Shown piece after piece: positions 39,297 through 49,425 of a stretch of DNA of 64,000 nucleotides; the first letter of the stretch is position 1, and each line of letters begins with the position of its first letter. A model generated the notes under the pieces. The model ran no database searches. It saw only the letters and a program-made list of their open reading frames with translations, and was not told the DNA's origin. The position numbers and the translations under genes are program-made. This stretch comes from Coriobacteriia bacterium. Its GTDB lineage: Bacteria; Actinomycetota; Coriobacteriia; Anaerosomatales; JAAXUF01. The stretch spans positions 8,743 through 72,742 of the forward strand of contig JAAXUF010000008.1 of assembly GCA_013336165.1 (NCBI GenBank), given 5' to 3'.

Positions 39297-39949
39297 GTCG
39301 ATTGACAATCAGGTGGCGCGAGCGCAAAGGCGAATTGGGCGGCGACGCGGGGTTCACCCTAGTCGAGTTGATGATTGCGGTCAGCTTGCTTTCGCTCGTG
39401 TTGGCGACTGCGTATATGGTTCTCAATAGTGTCAGTTCGATGAGTGACCGCGTCTCGGCTCGCGAGATGGCAGCATCCAGTGCGAACTTGGCGATCGAGC
39501 GAATGACGCGTGAACTCCGGCAGGCGCAGGAGTTGTCAACCGCCGAGGGTGCCGGGGTCTTCAGATACAACGAGCCGCAACGTGCATCGTTCTATATTGA
39601 CTTAGATCACAACGGCACGCCGGAACGCGTGACCTACTACGTCTCGGGAACCACGCTCTATCGGACGGTCGCCGTAGCTACGATCACGTATCCGGGCGCG
39701 GGGAACTTCGGTGCCGATAGCGCTCCAACGGCGGTGCTGAGTGGCTTGGATCCGGGGTGGACGCCCAATGTGTTTGTCTACTACGACAACAGCAGTGTTC
39801 CGGCCGTGGTCAGCTCCGCGAATCCGGACGAGGTTTCGGCGGTCGAAATCACCGTCGTCGCACAGGGACGATCCGGATCCATCACCGCCTCTGCCACGAG
39901 CACGACCTGGGTCAGGATTCGCTCAGTTCATAACGACATCGCTTACTAA
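39293..39949 (+). CDS. Prepilin-type minor pilin (PilV/PilW-like)
   Basis: The GTG start overlaps the upstream stop (GTGA). Leader ...GGDAG|FTLVELMIAVSLLSLVLATAYMVL. Confidence 0.75.
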   Translation: MSRLTIRWRERKGELGGDAGFTLVELMIAVSLLSLVLATAYMVLNSVSSMSDRVSAREMAASSANLAIERMTRELRQAQELSTAEGAGVFRYNEPQRASFYIDLDHNGTPERVTYYVSGTTLYRTVAVATITYPGAGNFGADSAPTAVLSGLDPGWTPNVFVYYDNSSVPAVVSSANPDEVSAVEITVVAQGRSGSITASATSTTWVRIRSVHNDIAY

Positions 39950-39966
39950 AGCTGGAGAGAAGAGCC

Positions 39967-41259
39967 ATGGATACCCTGCGCATCAAGCGTGAGATACGGA
40001 AAGCGGTGCACCTCGCGCGTGCTGACGACGGGATGGCGCTGGCAACCGTGGTCGTGATCTCGGCGATTCTGTTTATGCTGGTGACCACACTCCTTGTGGT
40101 GGTTGCACAGCAGCAGCTTACGACCTCACATACTGTCGCAAGGGCTAAGGCGCTCCAAGTTGCGGATTCCGGAATTGACGCTTATCTCTACCACATGAGG
40201 CAGAACACGACCTACTACTCCACCAATCCCGTGTTGGGACCGGTTGCAACCACTGAAGGCATGTTCACCGTCACCGCCACGCCACCAACGGGCAACGGGC
40301 CCATCATCTTGAGATCCGTCGGCACCATACCATCCCTAGGGGCCACGAAAAGCATAGTCGCCTCAGTCAGATACCCAACCTTTGCTGACTATGTGTTCCT
40401 GTATGATACGGACATCAGTATCGGCTCTGAAGCCACCATTATTGGCAAGGTCAGAAGCAACAGAAGCATCGACAACGATGGCGTGATCACCGGTGCCTGC
40501 ATCGCGGCCGATTCCATCACGGGAAGTGGTTCGTTTGGCAGCAGGCAGCCCGACTCGCCAGTCATCGACTTCTCGAGCGTCTTGACCGACATGGGCCAGA
40601 TGAAGACCACGGCACAGGGGACATCCACGTATTTCGCGTCGTCGGGCACTCGCGGCTACCGGGTTATCCTGAACGGCATGAACTTCAGCGTTGCGAAGGT
40701 GACTGCTGTGAACAGTTCAACAGGCGCCCTGACTCTGGGAACCGCGACGAACTACTCGATTCCCACGGCAGGAATCCTCTATTTCAATGACACTATCTGG
40801 CTCAGCGGAACGTACTCGACAAGAGTCACTGTTGCATGCGGCGATACGAGCGTCAACGACCCCGGCTATGCGACTCCCGTAGACGATTCGGCCGTGTTCA
40901 TTCTGGACAACTTGGTCCCCCAGGATCCATATGGCACGGCGGTCTGCGGTGTCGTTGCGCTCGGGGATATCAGCGTACCCAGTTGGTACAGTTCGATGCC
41001 GCAGGATCTGACGATCCAGGCCGCCCTTCTCTCGCAGGCCGGCGGTATCCATGCTGACTGGTCTTCTGCGAGGAACAAGGACAGCTTCCACTTGATCGGA
41101 TCTAGGGCGCAGAAAGGCGAGGGAGGTTTCGTGAGCGGCTCCATGGGCTTCATGTCGCGTGTCTACGAGTACGATGCTCGACTCGACACAAACCCGCCGC
41201 CCAGCTTCCCGGTTGTGAGAGACGGTGCGCTCAAGGTCAGTACGTGGGTCGAGAACTGA
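39967..41259 (+). CDS. PilX N-terminal domain protein (pilus-associated, membrane-anchored)
   Basis: A TM helix (MALATVVVISAILFMLVTTLLVVVAQQQL) is followed by a PilX_N-like segment (ARAKALQVADSGIDAYLYHM). The domain downstream of it is large and unassigned. Confidence 0.6.
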   Translation: MDTLRIKREIRKAVHLARADDGMALATVVVISAILFMLVTTLLVVVAQQQLTTSHTVARAKALQVADSGIDAYLYHMRQNTTYYSTNPVLGPVATTEGMFTVTATPPTGNGPIILRSVGTIPSLGATKSIVASVRYPTFADYVFLYDTDISIGSEATIIGKVRSNRSIDNDGVITGACIAADSITGSGSFGSRQPDSPVIDFSSVLTDMGQMKTTAQGTSTYFASSGTRGYRVILNGMNFSVAKVTAVNSSTGALTLGTATNYSIPTAGILYFNDTIWLSGTYSTRVTVACGDTSVNDPGYATPVDDSAVFILDNLVPQDPYGTAVCGVVALGDISVPSWYSSMPQDLTIQAALLSQAGGIHADWSSARNKDSFHLIGSRAQKGEGGFVSGSMGFMSRVYEYDARLDTNPPPSFPVVRDGALKVSTWVEN

Positions 41260-41336
41260 CGGTCTGCGACATTAGTACTTGACCGGGTCGCTGCTGCGGC
41301 CCGGTTGTCTTGTTGGGAGAGAGGCAGTGGTCTTCG

Positions 41337-42422
41337 ATGACTGAAGTGCGGGTGGAGGGACTGCGCGCGCGCCTGAGTACCGACGGCGTTGCGGCTCTTG
41401 CGGTCATCGGCGTTCCCAACATCACCTATCTCACGGGTTTCAGCCACGTCTTCGACGACGAGCCGGCGCATGTGGCCCTCGTGACCTCAGATGCTTGCAC
41501 GCTCTACACGGATTCGCGCTATGCCGAGGCCGTCAGGAGCGCGGCAGACGGTACCCCCTGGCGTATCGCGCTTCCTGCCGGCGAGGTGCTCTCGGCGGTT
41601 CGGCAGGACCTGATGGATGCCGGCATCACCAAAGTGGCGATCGAGTCGACGCTGCCGTATCGTCGGTTCGAGCGATTCCGCACCGGCTTCACCGGTGAAG
41701 TTGTGGCCGCCGATGGCTGGGTGGAGGACTTGCGCCGGGTCAAGGATGCCGATGAGATCGCGAGCATCACCGCAGCCCAAGCACTGACGGATGCGGCTTT
41801 CGAGCACATTCTCGCCTTCGTGAAGGCTGGCGTCACCGAGCGCGACATTGCCCTCGAGCTTGAGTTCTTCATGCGCAAGCAGGGGAGCGACGGCGTCGCT
41901 TTCGCCCCGATTGTGGCGAGCGGCCCGAACTCGGCCAAGCCCCACGCGGCGATCACTGATCGCGCATTCACTCAGGGTGACTTCGTGGTCATGGACTTTG
42001 GTGCGCGAATAGACGGTTACTGTGCCGACATGACACGCACCGTGGTCATCGGCCGTGCCACGGATCGCCACCGCGAGATCTATGAGGCGGTTCTTGCCGC
42101 CAACATCGTCGGAATCGCCGCCGTGAAGGCGGGTTTGCTCGGCAAACAGATCGACGCGGCGGCCCGCGCAGTGATCGAGGAGCGAGGGTTCGCGCAGTAC
42201 TTCGAGCACGGGTTGGGGCACGGAGTGGGGCTCGAAGTCCACGAGATGCCGGGCCTCGGACCTCGGTCGACGAAGCCGGTTCCAGAAGGCAGCGTCGTGA
42301 CTGTGGAGCCGGGAGTCTATGTGCCGGGCTTCGGCGGTGTTAGAATCGAGGACTTGGTGGTGGTAGAGGCGGATCACGCACGCGTCCTCACCCGATCGGC
42401 CAAGGATCTGCTGGAACTGTAG
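41337..42422 (+). CDS. pepQ: M24B Xaa-Pro aminopeptidase (PepQ/YqhT-like)
   Basis: A creatinase-like N-domain is followed by the M24 metal ligands (DFGARIDGYCADMTRT, HGLGHGVGLEVHE). Confidence 0.85.
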   Translation: MTEVRVEGLRARLSTDGVAALAVIGVPNITYLTGFSHVFDDEPAHVALVTSDACTLYTDSRYAEAVRSAADGTPWRIALPAGEVLSAVRQDLMDAGITKVAIESTLPYRRFERFRTGFTGEVVAADGWVEDLRRVKDADEIASITAAQALTDAAFEHILAFVKAGVTERDIALELEFFMRKQGSDGVAFAPIVASGPNSAKPHAAITDRAFTQGDFVVMDFGARIDGYCADMTRTVVIGRATDRHREIYEAVLAANIVGIAAVKAGLLGKQIDAAARAVIEERGFAQYFEHGLGHGVGLEVHEMPGLGPRSTKPVPEGSVVTVEPGVYVPGFGGVRIEDLVVVEADHARVLTRSAKDLLEL

Positions 42423-42463
42423 AAGTGACTTATCGGCGAGCTGCCGACTAGGCAAAAGGAGCC

Positions 42464-43030
42464 ATGAGAGTGTCAGTCACAACGGCAAACTTCAAGAACG
42501 GCATGTGCATCGTGCACGACGGCAAGCGCTGGGTGATCATCGATTTCCAGCACGTCAAGCCTGGCAAGGGCGGTGCGTTTGTGCGCACCAAGCTCAAAGA
42601 ACTCAAGTCGGGTCGCGTGGTTGAGTACACGTTTCGCTCGGGCGAGAAGTTCGACGACGTTCGCATCGAGACCAAGCACATGCAATTCCTGTACAAGGAC
42701 GGCGATACGTTCTACTTCATGGACAACGCCAGCTACGAGCAGGTCGAGCTCAATGCCGATTTCGTCGGCGATCAGGCCAAGTGGCTGCGGGAGAACGACG
42801 AGGTCGACATCGTGACCGCCGATGGCGAGTACATGGGTGTTGAGCCTCCGATGTTCGTTGACCTCGAGGTCATCGAGACGGATCCCGGGTTCAAGGGCGA
42901 CACCGTCCAGGGCGGCTCGAAGCCCGCGACGCTCGAGACAGGCGCCGTGGTGCAGGTTCCGATGTTCATCAACACCGGTGACAGGCTTCGCATAGACACG
43001 CGCGACGCACGCTACATCACGCGCGTCTAG
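42464..43030 (+). CDS. efp: Elongation factor P
   Basis: 188 aa with the KPGKGGAFVRTKLK loop and 3 OB-like domains. SD AAAGGAG lies upstream. Confidence 0.92.
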   Translation: MRVSVTTANFKNGMCIVHDGKRWVIIDFQHVKPGKGGAFVRTKLKELKSGRVVEYTFRSGEKFDDVRIETKHMQFLYKDGDTFYFMDNASYEQVELNADFVGDQAKWLRENDEVDIVTADGEYMGVEPPMFVDLEVIETDPGFKGDTVQGGSKPATLETGAVVQVPMFINTGDRLRIDTRDARYITRV

Positions 43031-43051
43031 CGGTTCTTTAGCCGGCGATGT

Positions 43052-43078
43052 GACAGGCGTGCAGCCAGCGCGCCTGTC
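43052..43078 (+). terminator. Hairpin downstream of efp (putative intrinsic terminator)
   Basis: An 8-bp stem gacaggcg / cgcctgtc with an 11-nt loop is followed by gtcgtaTaTacTgTcT. Confidence 0.4.
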
Positions 43079-43169
43079 GTCGTATATACTGTCTGACTAC
43101 GCACAGATTGGCGGCGTCAGAAGAGGCGCCCACTTTGATATACGCCCTGACGCACGCCAAGGAGGCGCA

Positions 43170-45014
43170 ATGCGACCAGTCCACATCACCGATACGACGC
43201 TTCGCGACGCGCACCAATCGCTGTGGGCCACGCGGATGGAGATCGGCGACATGTTGCCGATACTCGCGAAGATGGATTCCGTCGGGTACTGGTCGCTCGA
43301 GGTGTGGGGCGGAGCGACGTTTGACTCCTGTCTGCGCTTCATGGACGAGAATCCGTGGGAGCGGTTGCGCACGATCAAGGCGCACTGTCCCAACACGCCG
43401 CTACAGATGCTTCTTCGCGGACAGAACCTGGTCGGCTATCATCACTACTCGGATGAGATCGTCACGAGGTTCGTGCATGCGAGCAAGCGCAACGGCATCG
43501 ACGTCTTCCGGGTGTTCGACGCCCTGAACGACATCCGCAATGTGGAGACGGCGGCTAGTGCGGTCAAGGAATGCGGAGGCCTCTTTGAAGGCGCGATTTC
43601 CTACACTGTCAGCCCGGTGCACACCATCGATTCCTATCTTGAGTACGCGCAGCAGCTCAAAGAACTCGGTGCGGACACGATCTGCATCAAGGACATGGCA
43701 GGCATGCTCACGCCATTTCGTACCGAGAAGATGGTGCGTGCGCTGAAGGACCAGATCGGTCTGCCGGTTCATGTGCACTGCCACTACATCGGCGGTATGG
43801 CTCCGATGAACTACGTGAAGGCCGCCGAGGCGGGCGCCGACATCGTAGACACCGCTGTGGTCGCTTTGGCGTTCGGCAACAGCCAGCCGGCTGTCGAGAC
43901 GATCGTGGCCGCGCTCAAGGAGTCCCCGTACGATACCGGGCTTGACCTCGACCTGCTGTTCGAGATCGCCGAGTACTGGGAGGGTGTGCGCAAGAAGAAA
44001 CACCTCAAGCGCGGAATCACCACGCTGCTCTCCATGGAAGTCTTCAGCCACCAGGTGCCGGGCGGCATGATGAGCAACCTCATCTCTCAGCTTGAGGCAC
44101 AAAAGGCGATGGACCGCCTCCCCGACGTCTTCGCCGAGGTCCCCATAGTGCGGGCAGAGGTCGGCTATCCGCCTCTCGTAACGCCTCTGTCGCAGATCGT
44201 CGGGACTCAGGCCGTCATCAACGTCCTGACCGGCAAGCGCTGGAACCTAGTGCCCCAGGAAATGAAGAACTACATCAAGGGCTACTACGGCAAAGCGCCG
44301 GGCCCGATGAACCGGGACATCGTCGCCAAGGTTCTCGGCGACGAAGCTCAGCTTGCGCCTGACATTCGCCCCGGGTCGCTTGTGACCACCACCTATTCGG
44401 AAGTCGAGGCCGAGATCGGCGAGTTGGCCAAGAGTGAAGAAGACGTGCTCATGTACGCGCTCTTCCCCAACGAAGCACTTCAGTACCTCACTACTCACAA
44501 GGTTGGCGCCGAGAAGGCCGTCTTCCTTCAGAGCGAGGAATACAAGACTGTCAAGGAGGACGAATCCGTGGATGTGAACCAAATCCGGGAACTGATCAAG
44601 GTCGTCGAGGCCTCGGACATCACAGAGATCACAATCGAAGAGGGCGAAACCAAGGTGACGATCCGCAAAGGCGGGTCGGTCGCAGTCGCGTGCGAAACCT
44701 CGGCCGCCGCTCCTGTCGCAGCCGCCCCGGCCGCGACTCCCGCCGCCCCTGCGGCGTCGGCGCGTCCGGCTTCGTGGAGGCAGGTCGTTGCCCCCATGGT
44801 CGGCACCTTCTACGAGGCCGCTTCCCCCACCTCTACCGCATTCGTTTCCGTGGGCGATTCGGTTTCTGAGGGCCAGACGCTGTGCATCCTCGAAGCCATG
44901 AAGCTGATGAACGAGATCATCGCCGAGGAGGCGGGCATCATCCGCGAGATCGGCGTCGCGAACGGCTCCGCGGTTGAGTATGGCACGGTTCTGTTCTCCT
45001 ACGAGCCCATCTAG
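43170..45014 (+). CDS. Biotin-dependent carboxyltransferase 5S subunit fused to BCCP (pyruvate carboxylase subunit B / oxaloacetate decarboxylase alpha family)
   Basis: An HMGL-like TIM barrel begins [15 protein letters not shown]-terminal biotinyl domain carries [10 protein letters not shown] perfect SD (AAGGAGG) lies before the ATG at 43170. Confidence 0.8.
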   Translation: MRPVHITDTTLRDAHQSLWATRMEIGDMLPILAKMDSVGYWSLEVWGGATFDSCLRFMDENPWERLRTIKAHCPNTPLQMLLRGQNLVGYHHYSDEIVTRFVHASKRNGIDVFRVFDALNDIRNVETAASAVKECGGLFEGAISYTVSPVHTIDSYLEYAQQLKELGADTICIKDMAGMLTPFRTEKMVRALKDQIGLPVHVHCHYIGGMAPMNYVKAAEAGADIVDTAVVALAFGNSQPAVETIVAALKESPYDTGLDLDLLFEIAEYWEGVRKKKHLKRGITTLLSMEVFSHQVPGGMMSNLISQLEAQKAMDRLPDVFAEVPIVRAEVGYPPLVTPLSQIVGTQAVINVLTGKRWNLVPQEMKNYIKGYYGKAPGPMNRDIVAKVLGDEAQLAPDIRPGSLVTTTYSEVEAEIGELAKSEEDVLMYALFPNEALQYLTTHKVGAEKAVFLQSEEYKTVKEDESVDVNQIRELIKVVEASDITEITIEEGETKVTIRKGGSVAVACETSAAAPVAAAPAATPAAPAASARPASWRQVVAPMVGTFYEAASPTSTAFVSVGDSVSEGQTLCILEAMKLMNEIIAEEAGIIREIGVANGSAVEYGTVLFSYEPI

Positions 45015-45019
45015 CGGAG

Positions 45020-46393
45020 GTGCCCGTGTTCGATCGCATTCTCATCGCCAATCGCGGCGAGATCGCTTTGCGGGTCATTCGGGCCGCAAAGGAGATGGGC
45101 ATCCAGACAGTCGCGGTCTACTCCGACGCAGACAAGGACTCGTTGCCTGTCGCCATGGCCGACCGCGCTGTGTGCATCGGCCCGGCGCCGGCCTCGCAGT
45201 CGTACCTCAACATGTCCAACATCATTTCCGCCGCGCTTACCACCGGCGCCCAAGCGATTCATCCCGGGTACGGCTTTCTCGCCGAGAACTCGGCCTTCGC
45301 GCGCGCGTGCGCGGACTCCGGGCTGGTCTTCATCGGCCCGTCGCCCGACGCTATCGACCGCATGGGCGACAAGTCGGTTGCGCGCGAGACCATGGCGGCT
45401 GCTGGTGTGCCGACGGTTCCAGGCTCCGACGGTCCGGTCGAAAGCTACGAGGAGGCCCTCGTCTTCGCCGAGAAGGTCGGGTTCCCCGTCCTCATCAAAG
45501 CGAGCGCAGGCGGCGGCGGCAAGGGTATGCGCGTTGCCCGTGACGCGAGTGAGTTGCACGCCAACCTGACCGCCGCCAAGACCGAGGCGGCGGCGGCATT
45601 CGGCAACGATACCGTCTACATCGAGAAGTACCTCCTGCGCCCGCGCCACGTGGAGATGCAGGTCCTAGCGGACAGTCACGGCAACGCGGTGCACCTCTAC
45701 GAGCGCGACTGCTCGATCCAGCGCCGTCACCAGAAGCTGGTGGAGGAGGCGCCGTCTCCTGCGGTGACGCCGGAGCTTCGCGCGGCGATGGGAGAGGCCG
45801 CCATGAAGGCGGTTCGCGCGGTCAACTACATCAACGCCGGCACGATCGAGTTTTTGCTCGACACAGACGGCAGATTCTACTTCATGGAGATGAACACCCG
45901 CGTTCAGGTCGAGCACCCCATCACCGAGCAGATCACGGGTGTGGACATCATCAAGGAACAGATCCGGATCGCATCCGGCGAACCCATGCGTCACAAGACC
46001 CAGGACCAGATCGTCAAGCGGGGTCACGCGATTGAGTTTCGTATCAATGCCGAGGACCCGGCGCACAACTTTCGCCCGCATCCCGGCCTGATCGAGGTGT
46101 TCAACCCCCCGGGTGGTTTTGGCGTGCGTATCGACAGCCATGTGTATTCGGGATATCGCGTTCCGCCCACGTACGACTCCTTGCTCGGCAAGCTGGTTGT
46201 GTGGGGTGAGACGCGTGACGAGGCTATTGCCCGGGCGCGACGCGCGCTCGACGAATTCATCGTGATCGGCATTCCGACGACGATTCCTTTTCATCAGGCA
46301 GTTGTCGAGAACAAGGCGTTCCAGTCAGGTGACGTCTATACTGACTTTATCGAGGCAGAAATGAGCGACGAGAAGGACAAGGGGGCAGCGTAG
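45020..46393 (+). CDS. accC: Biotin carboxylase (ATP-grasp; AccC/PycA-like)
   Basis: Contains MGDKSVAR and [15 protein letters not shown], an ATP-grasp fold and a BC C-terminal domain. Confidence 0.9.
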   Translation: MPVFDRILIANRGEIALRVIRAAKEMGIQTVAVYSDADKDSLPVAMADRAVCIGPAPASQSYLNMSNIISAALTTGAQAIHPGYGFLAENSAFARACADSGLVFIGPSPDAIDRMGDKSVARETMAAAGVPTVPGSDGPVESYEEALVFAEKVGFPVLIKASAGGGGKGMRVARDASELHANLTAAKTEAAAAFGNDTVYIEKYLLRPRHVEMQVLADSHGNAVHLYERDCSIQRRHQKLVEEAPSPAVTPELRAAMGEAAMKAVRAVNYINAGTIEFLLDTDGRFYFMEMNTRVQVEHPITEQITGVDIIKEQIRIASGEPMRHKTQDQIVKRGHAIEFRINAEDPAHNFRPHPGLIEVFNPPGGFGVRIDSHVYSGYRVPPTYDSLLGKLVVWGETRDEAIARARRALDEFIVIGIPTTIPFHQAVVENKAFQSGDVYTDFIEAEMSDEKDKGAA

Positions 46394-46394
46394 G

Positions 46395-46745
46395 ATGTCT
46401 GACGAGATTCGGCTCGAGGGACTGGGAGTAGCCCCCGGAGTGCTTGACACGATCGTGACGATGGCCGCACAAAGTGTCGAGGGCGTCGCGGCCGTCGGCG
46501 CGCCGGGAATCGCCGGTATCGTGCAGAAGAACAGCCGGAAGGGAACGGCGCGCGCTGTCGATGTGATCGTCGGCGAGGACGGAACCGTCTCAGTGACCGT
46601 GCACGTGCAAATACTGTATGGCCATCGGATCAAGGACGTCGCTGCTGCCGTTCAGGCCTGCGTCCTTGATGCGATTTCGATCCAAGTCGGCGTTGAAGTC
46701 GCTGCTGTCGACGTGTATGTCGACGGCATTGTGTTCGCCGAGTGA
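46395..46745 (+). CDS. Asp23/Gls24 family (alkaline shock protein)
   Basis: 116 aa with a glycine-rich Asp23 pattern. It occupies the same position as B. subtilis yqhY. Confidence 0.75.
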   Translation: MSDEIRLEGLGVAPGVLDTIVTMAAQSVEGVAAVGAPGIAGIVQKNSRKGTARAVDVIVGEDGTVSVTVHVQILYGHRIKDVAAAVQACVLDAISIQVGVEVAAVDVYVDGIVFAE

Positions 46746-46747
46746 GC

Positions 46748-47185
46748 CGGATGCTTGAGCGAAGCAGGGCGCGCAGGCAAGCGCTCCAGATACTCTACCA
46801 GCGGGAAATCACCGGGGAGGCCGCCGAGGACATTCTGCTCGCCGGCAGTTACTCCGTCGAAGATGGTGAGCCCGACGAGTACTGCAGGGATCTCGTCATC
46901 GGTGTCGAGCAGCACATCGCCGGAATCGACGAGCTCATCGCCGAGGTCTCGGAGAACTGGTCGGTGTCGCGCATGCCTTTTGTCGACCGCAATATCCTTC
47001 GTGTGGCGATCTACGAGATCGTCCATCATCCGGATGTTCCCACCAGTGTCGCCATCAACGAGGCGGTTGAGTTGGCCAAGGTCTACGGTACCGATGATTC
47101 ATCCAAGTTCGTGAACGGCGTCCTGGGCAAGATCGCCCTGCGGAATGCCGAGGAAAAGGGTACAGAGGAGTCGACCGATGCCTGA
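46748..47185 (+). CDS. nusB: Transcription antitermination factor NusB
   Basis: Contains RRQALQILYQ and VAINEAVELAK. Confidence 0.9.
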   Translation, partial: RMLERSRARRQALQILYQREITGEAAEDILLAGSYSVEDGEPDEYCRDLVIGVEQHIAGIDELIAEVSENWSVSRMPFVDRNILRVAIYEIVHHPDVPTSVAINEAVELAKVYGTDDSSKFVNGVLGKIALRNAEEKGTEESTDA

Positions 47186-47438
47186 GGAGTCCCACGGTTT
47201 CGCCGCCGCCCGAGTGCGTCTTGAAGAGATTGTCACGCAGGTCCGTAAGAAGGACACGTCGCTCGAGAAGAGCCTCGACCTTCTTGAGGAGGGCGTGCGG
47301 CTTGCGGGATCGTGCACGGAACTGATAGATCGCGCCGACTGGAGCGCCGAGGCTTCTATTGCGAGCGATGGCGAGGCGGTTGGGTCAGAGCAGGGTGCTG
47401 AAGAACCCCACGACACTTCGGCCGAGGAGTCATCCTAA
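47178..47438 (+). CDS. xseB: Exodeoxyribonuclease VII small subunit
   Basis: Contains FAAARVRLEEIVTQVRKKDTSLEKSLDLLEEGVRLAGSCTELIDRA. The start overlaps the nusB stop (ATGCCTGA). Confidence 0.8.
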   Translation: MPEESHGFAAARVRLEEIVTQVRKKDTSLEKSLDLLEEGVRLAGSCTELIDRADWSAEASIASDGEAVGSEQGAEEPHDTSAEESS

Positions 47439-47481
47439 GAGGGACCGACTCGTGCTACGGTCAGTGTAATGCTTAACGGAG

Positions 47482-49425
47482 ATGATGAACCCGGTGCGGA
47501 CACGCATCCTTGATTCGATAGATGCGCCGTGCGACGTGAAGTCGCTCGATGACGCCCAACTCGCCCAACTCTCTACCGAGATTCGCGACGAACTCGTCTC
47601 GACGGTCTCGAAGACCGGCGGGCACCTGGCGCCCAACCTCGGCATCGTCGAGTTGACGCTGGGGATTCACCGCGCACTCGATTGCCCCAATGATCGCATC
47701 GTCTTCGACGTGGGCCACCAGGCATACGTGCACAAGCTCATCACGGGGCGGCGCGACGAGTTCTCCAGCTTGCGCCAGTACGGCGGGCTGTGCGGCTTCC
47801 CAAAGCGCAGCGAGTCTGCGTTCGACTCGTTTGACGCGGGGCACGCCTCTGATTCGCTTTCCGTCGCACTCGGGCTGGCGTTAGCGCGAGACGCCCGCGG
47901 GGGCGACGAGACGGTGCTGGCCGTCATCGGCGACGGGTCTTTGACCGGTGGGATGGCTTTCGAGGCCATGAATCACATCGGCCACTTGGGCACGCGCGTC
48001 GTGATCGTGCTCAACGACAACGAGATGTCGATATCCGAAAACGTCGGCGCTCTATCAAGCTATCTGGCGCGCGTTCGCTTGGACCCGCGCTACACGCGCC
48101 TTCGCGACGGTGTCGAGTCCAAACTCGCGACGACCGGCTTTGGCCGCGTGATGGTCGAGGCGGGAGAGGCGGTCAAGGGATCGTTCAAACAGCTTCTCGT
48201 TCCCGGGATGCTCTTCGAGGAGATGGGACTGAAGTACGTCGGTCCGATCGACGGCCATGACATCAAACAGGTGCAAACGGCCGTCGAGAGGGCAAAGACG
48301 GTCAACGGCCCGGTCATCATTCACGCCGTGACTCGCAAAGGCCGGGGCTACGCTCCCGCCGAGAACCAACCGGACACCTTTCACGGCATTGGGCCGTTCT
48401 CGGCGGAAACCGGGGAGGCTGCCTCCTCCGGCGGGCCGATGAACTACACGAATGCCTTCTCGCTCTCCCTTGTCACGGAAGCCGAGAACGATCCGTCCAT
48501 TGTCGCGATCACCGCCGCCATGCCCTTCGGCACGGGGCTTGACCGCTTCGAGGCGGCCTTTCCCGGCCGCTTCTTCGACGTCGGCATCGCCGAGGAGCAC
48601 GCCGTCGGCATGGCCGCAGGTCTGGCCGCCGGAGGGCTTACACCGGTCGTCGCGATCTACTCGACGTTCCTGCAACGCGCCTACGACCAGCTGATCACCG
48701 ACATCGCGCTGCAGAACCTCCACGTGGTGTTCTGCCTGGACCGCGCGGGGCTTGTCGGCGAGGACGGGCCCACGCACCACGGCGTGTTCGACCTGACGTA
48801 CCTGCGCTCGATCCCCAACATGATGGTTCTGGCTCCGGCCGACGAGGCGGAGCTGGCCAACGCGCTCCACACGGCGCTTGCCGCCGACGGGCCTGTGGCG
48901 ATCCGCTATCCGCGGGGCGCTTCGCGCGGCGTGGGCCTTCCCGTGCACCCTTCGGTTTTCGAGACCGGTCGTGCCGAGGTGCGCCGAAGGGGCAGCGACG
49001 TGGCCTTGCTGGCCGCGGGGCGCATGGTGGGCGTGTGCGAAGATGCCGCCGAGTTGCTCGCGGTCCGGGGGGTCTCGGCGAGCGTGGTCAACGCGCGCTG
49101 GATCAAGCCGCTCGATACCGAGGTGATCTCGTGGGCCGCATCGGAGCATGCGCTTGTGGTGACGGTCGAAGAGAACACCACAATCGGCGGCTTTGGCGCC
49201 GGCGTGTGCGAGGTGCTGGCCGATCTGCGGCTGCAGGTGCCCGTTCTGCGGCTGGCGATACCCGACTGCTTCGTAACTCATGGCGCCATGAGCAGGCTGC
49301 TCGCCGATGTCGGGCTCACCAGCGACGGCGTGGCCGCTTCGGTTCTTGCCAGGATGGCCGACATGTCAGTAGACGCCGAGAGGAACGCTCATGGCGCGCA
49401 GCCGCCTCGACGCGACCCTCGCTGA
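47482..49425 (+). CDS. dxs: 1-deoxy-D-xylulose-5-phosphate synthase
   Basis: TPP-binding GDGSLTGGMAFEAMNH, transketolase pyrimidine domain and C-terminal domains. Confidence 0.95.
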   Translation: MMNPVRTRILDSIDAPCDVKSLDDAQLAQLSTEIRDELVSTVSKTGGHLAPNLGIVELTLGIHRALDCPNDRIVFDVGHQAYVHKLITGRRDEFSSLRQYGGLCGFPKRSESAFDSFDAGHASDSLSVALGLALARDARGGDETVLAVIGDGSLTGGMAFEAMNHIGHLGTRVVIVLNDNEMSISENVGALSSYLARVRLDPRYTRLRDGVESKLATTGFGRVMVEAGEAVKGSFKQLLVPGMLFEEMGLKYVGPIDGHDIKQVQTAVERAKTVNGPVIIHAVTRKGRGYAPAENQPDTFHGIGPFSAETGEAASSGGPMNYTNAFSLSLVTEAENDPSIVAITAAMPFGTGLDRFEAAFPGRFFDVGIAEEHAVGMAAGLAAGGLTPVVAIYSTFLQRAYDQLITDIALQNLHVVFCLDRAGLVGEDGPTHHGVFDLTYLRSIPNMMVLAPADEAELANALHTALAADGPVAIRYPRGASRGVGLPVHPSVFETGRAEVRRRGSDVALLAAGRMVGVCEDAAELLAVRGVSASVVNARWIKPLDTEVISWAASEHALVVTVEENTTIGGFGAGVCEVLADLRLQVPVLRLAIPDCFVTHGAMSRLLADVGLTSDGVAASVLARMADMSVDAERNAHGAQPPRRDPR

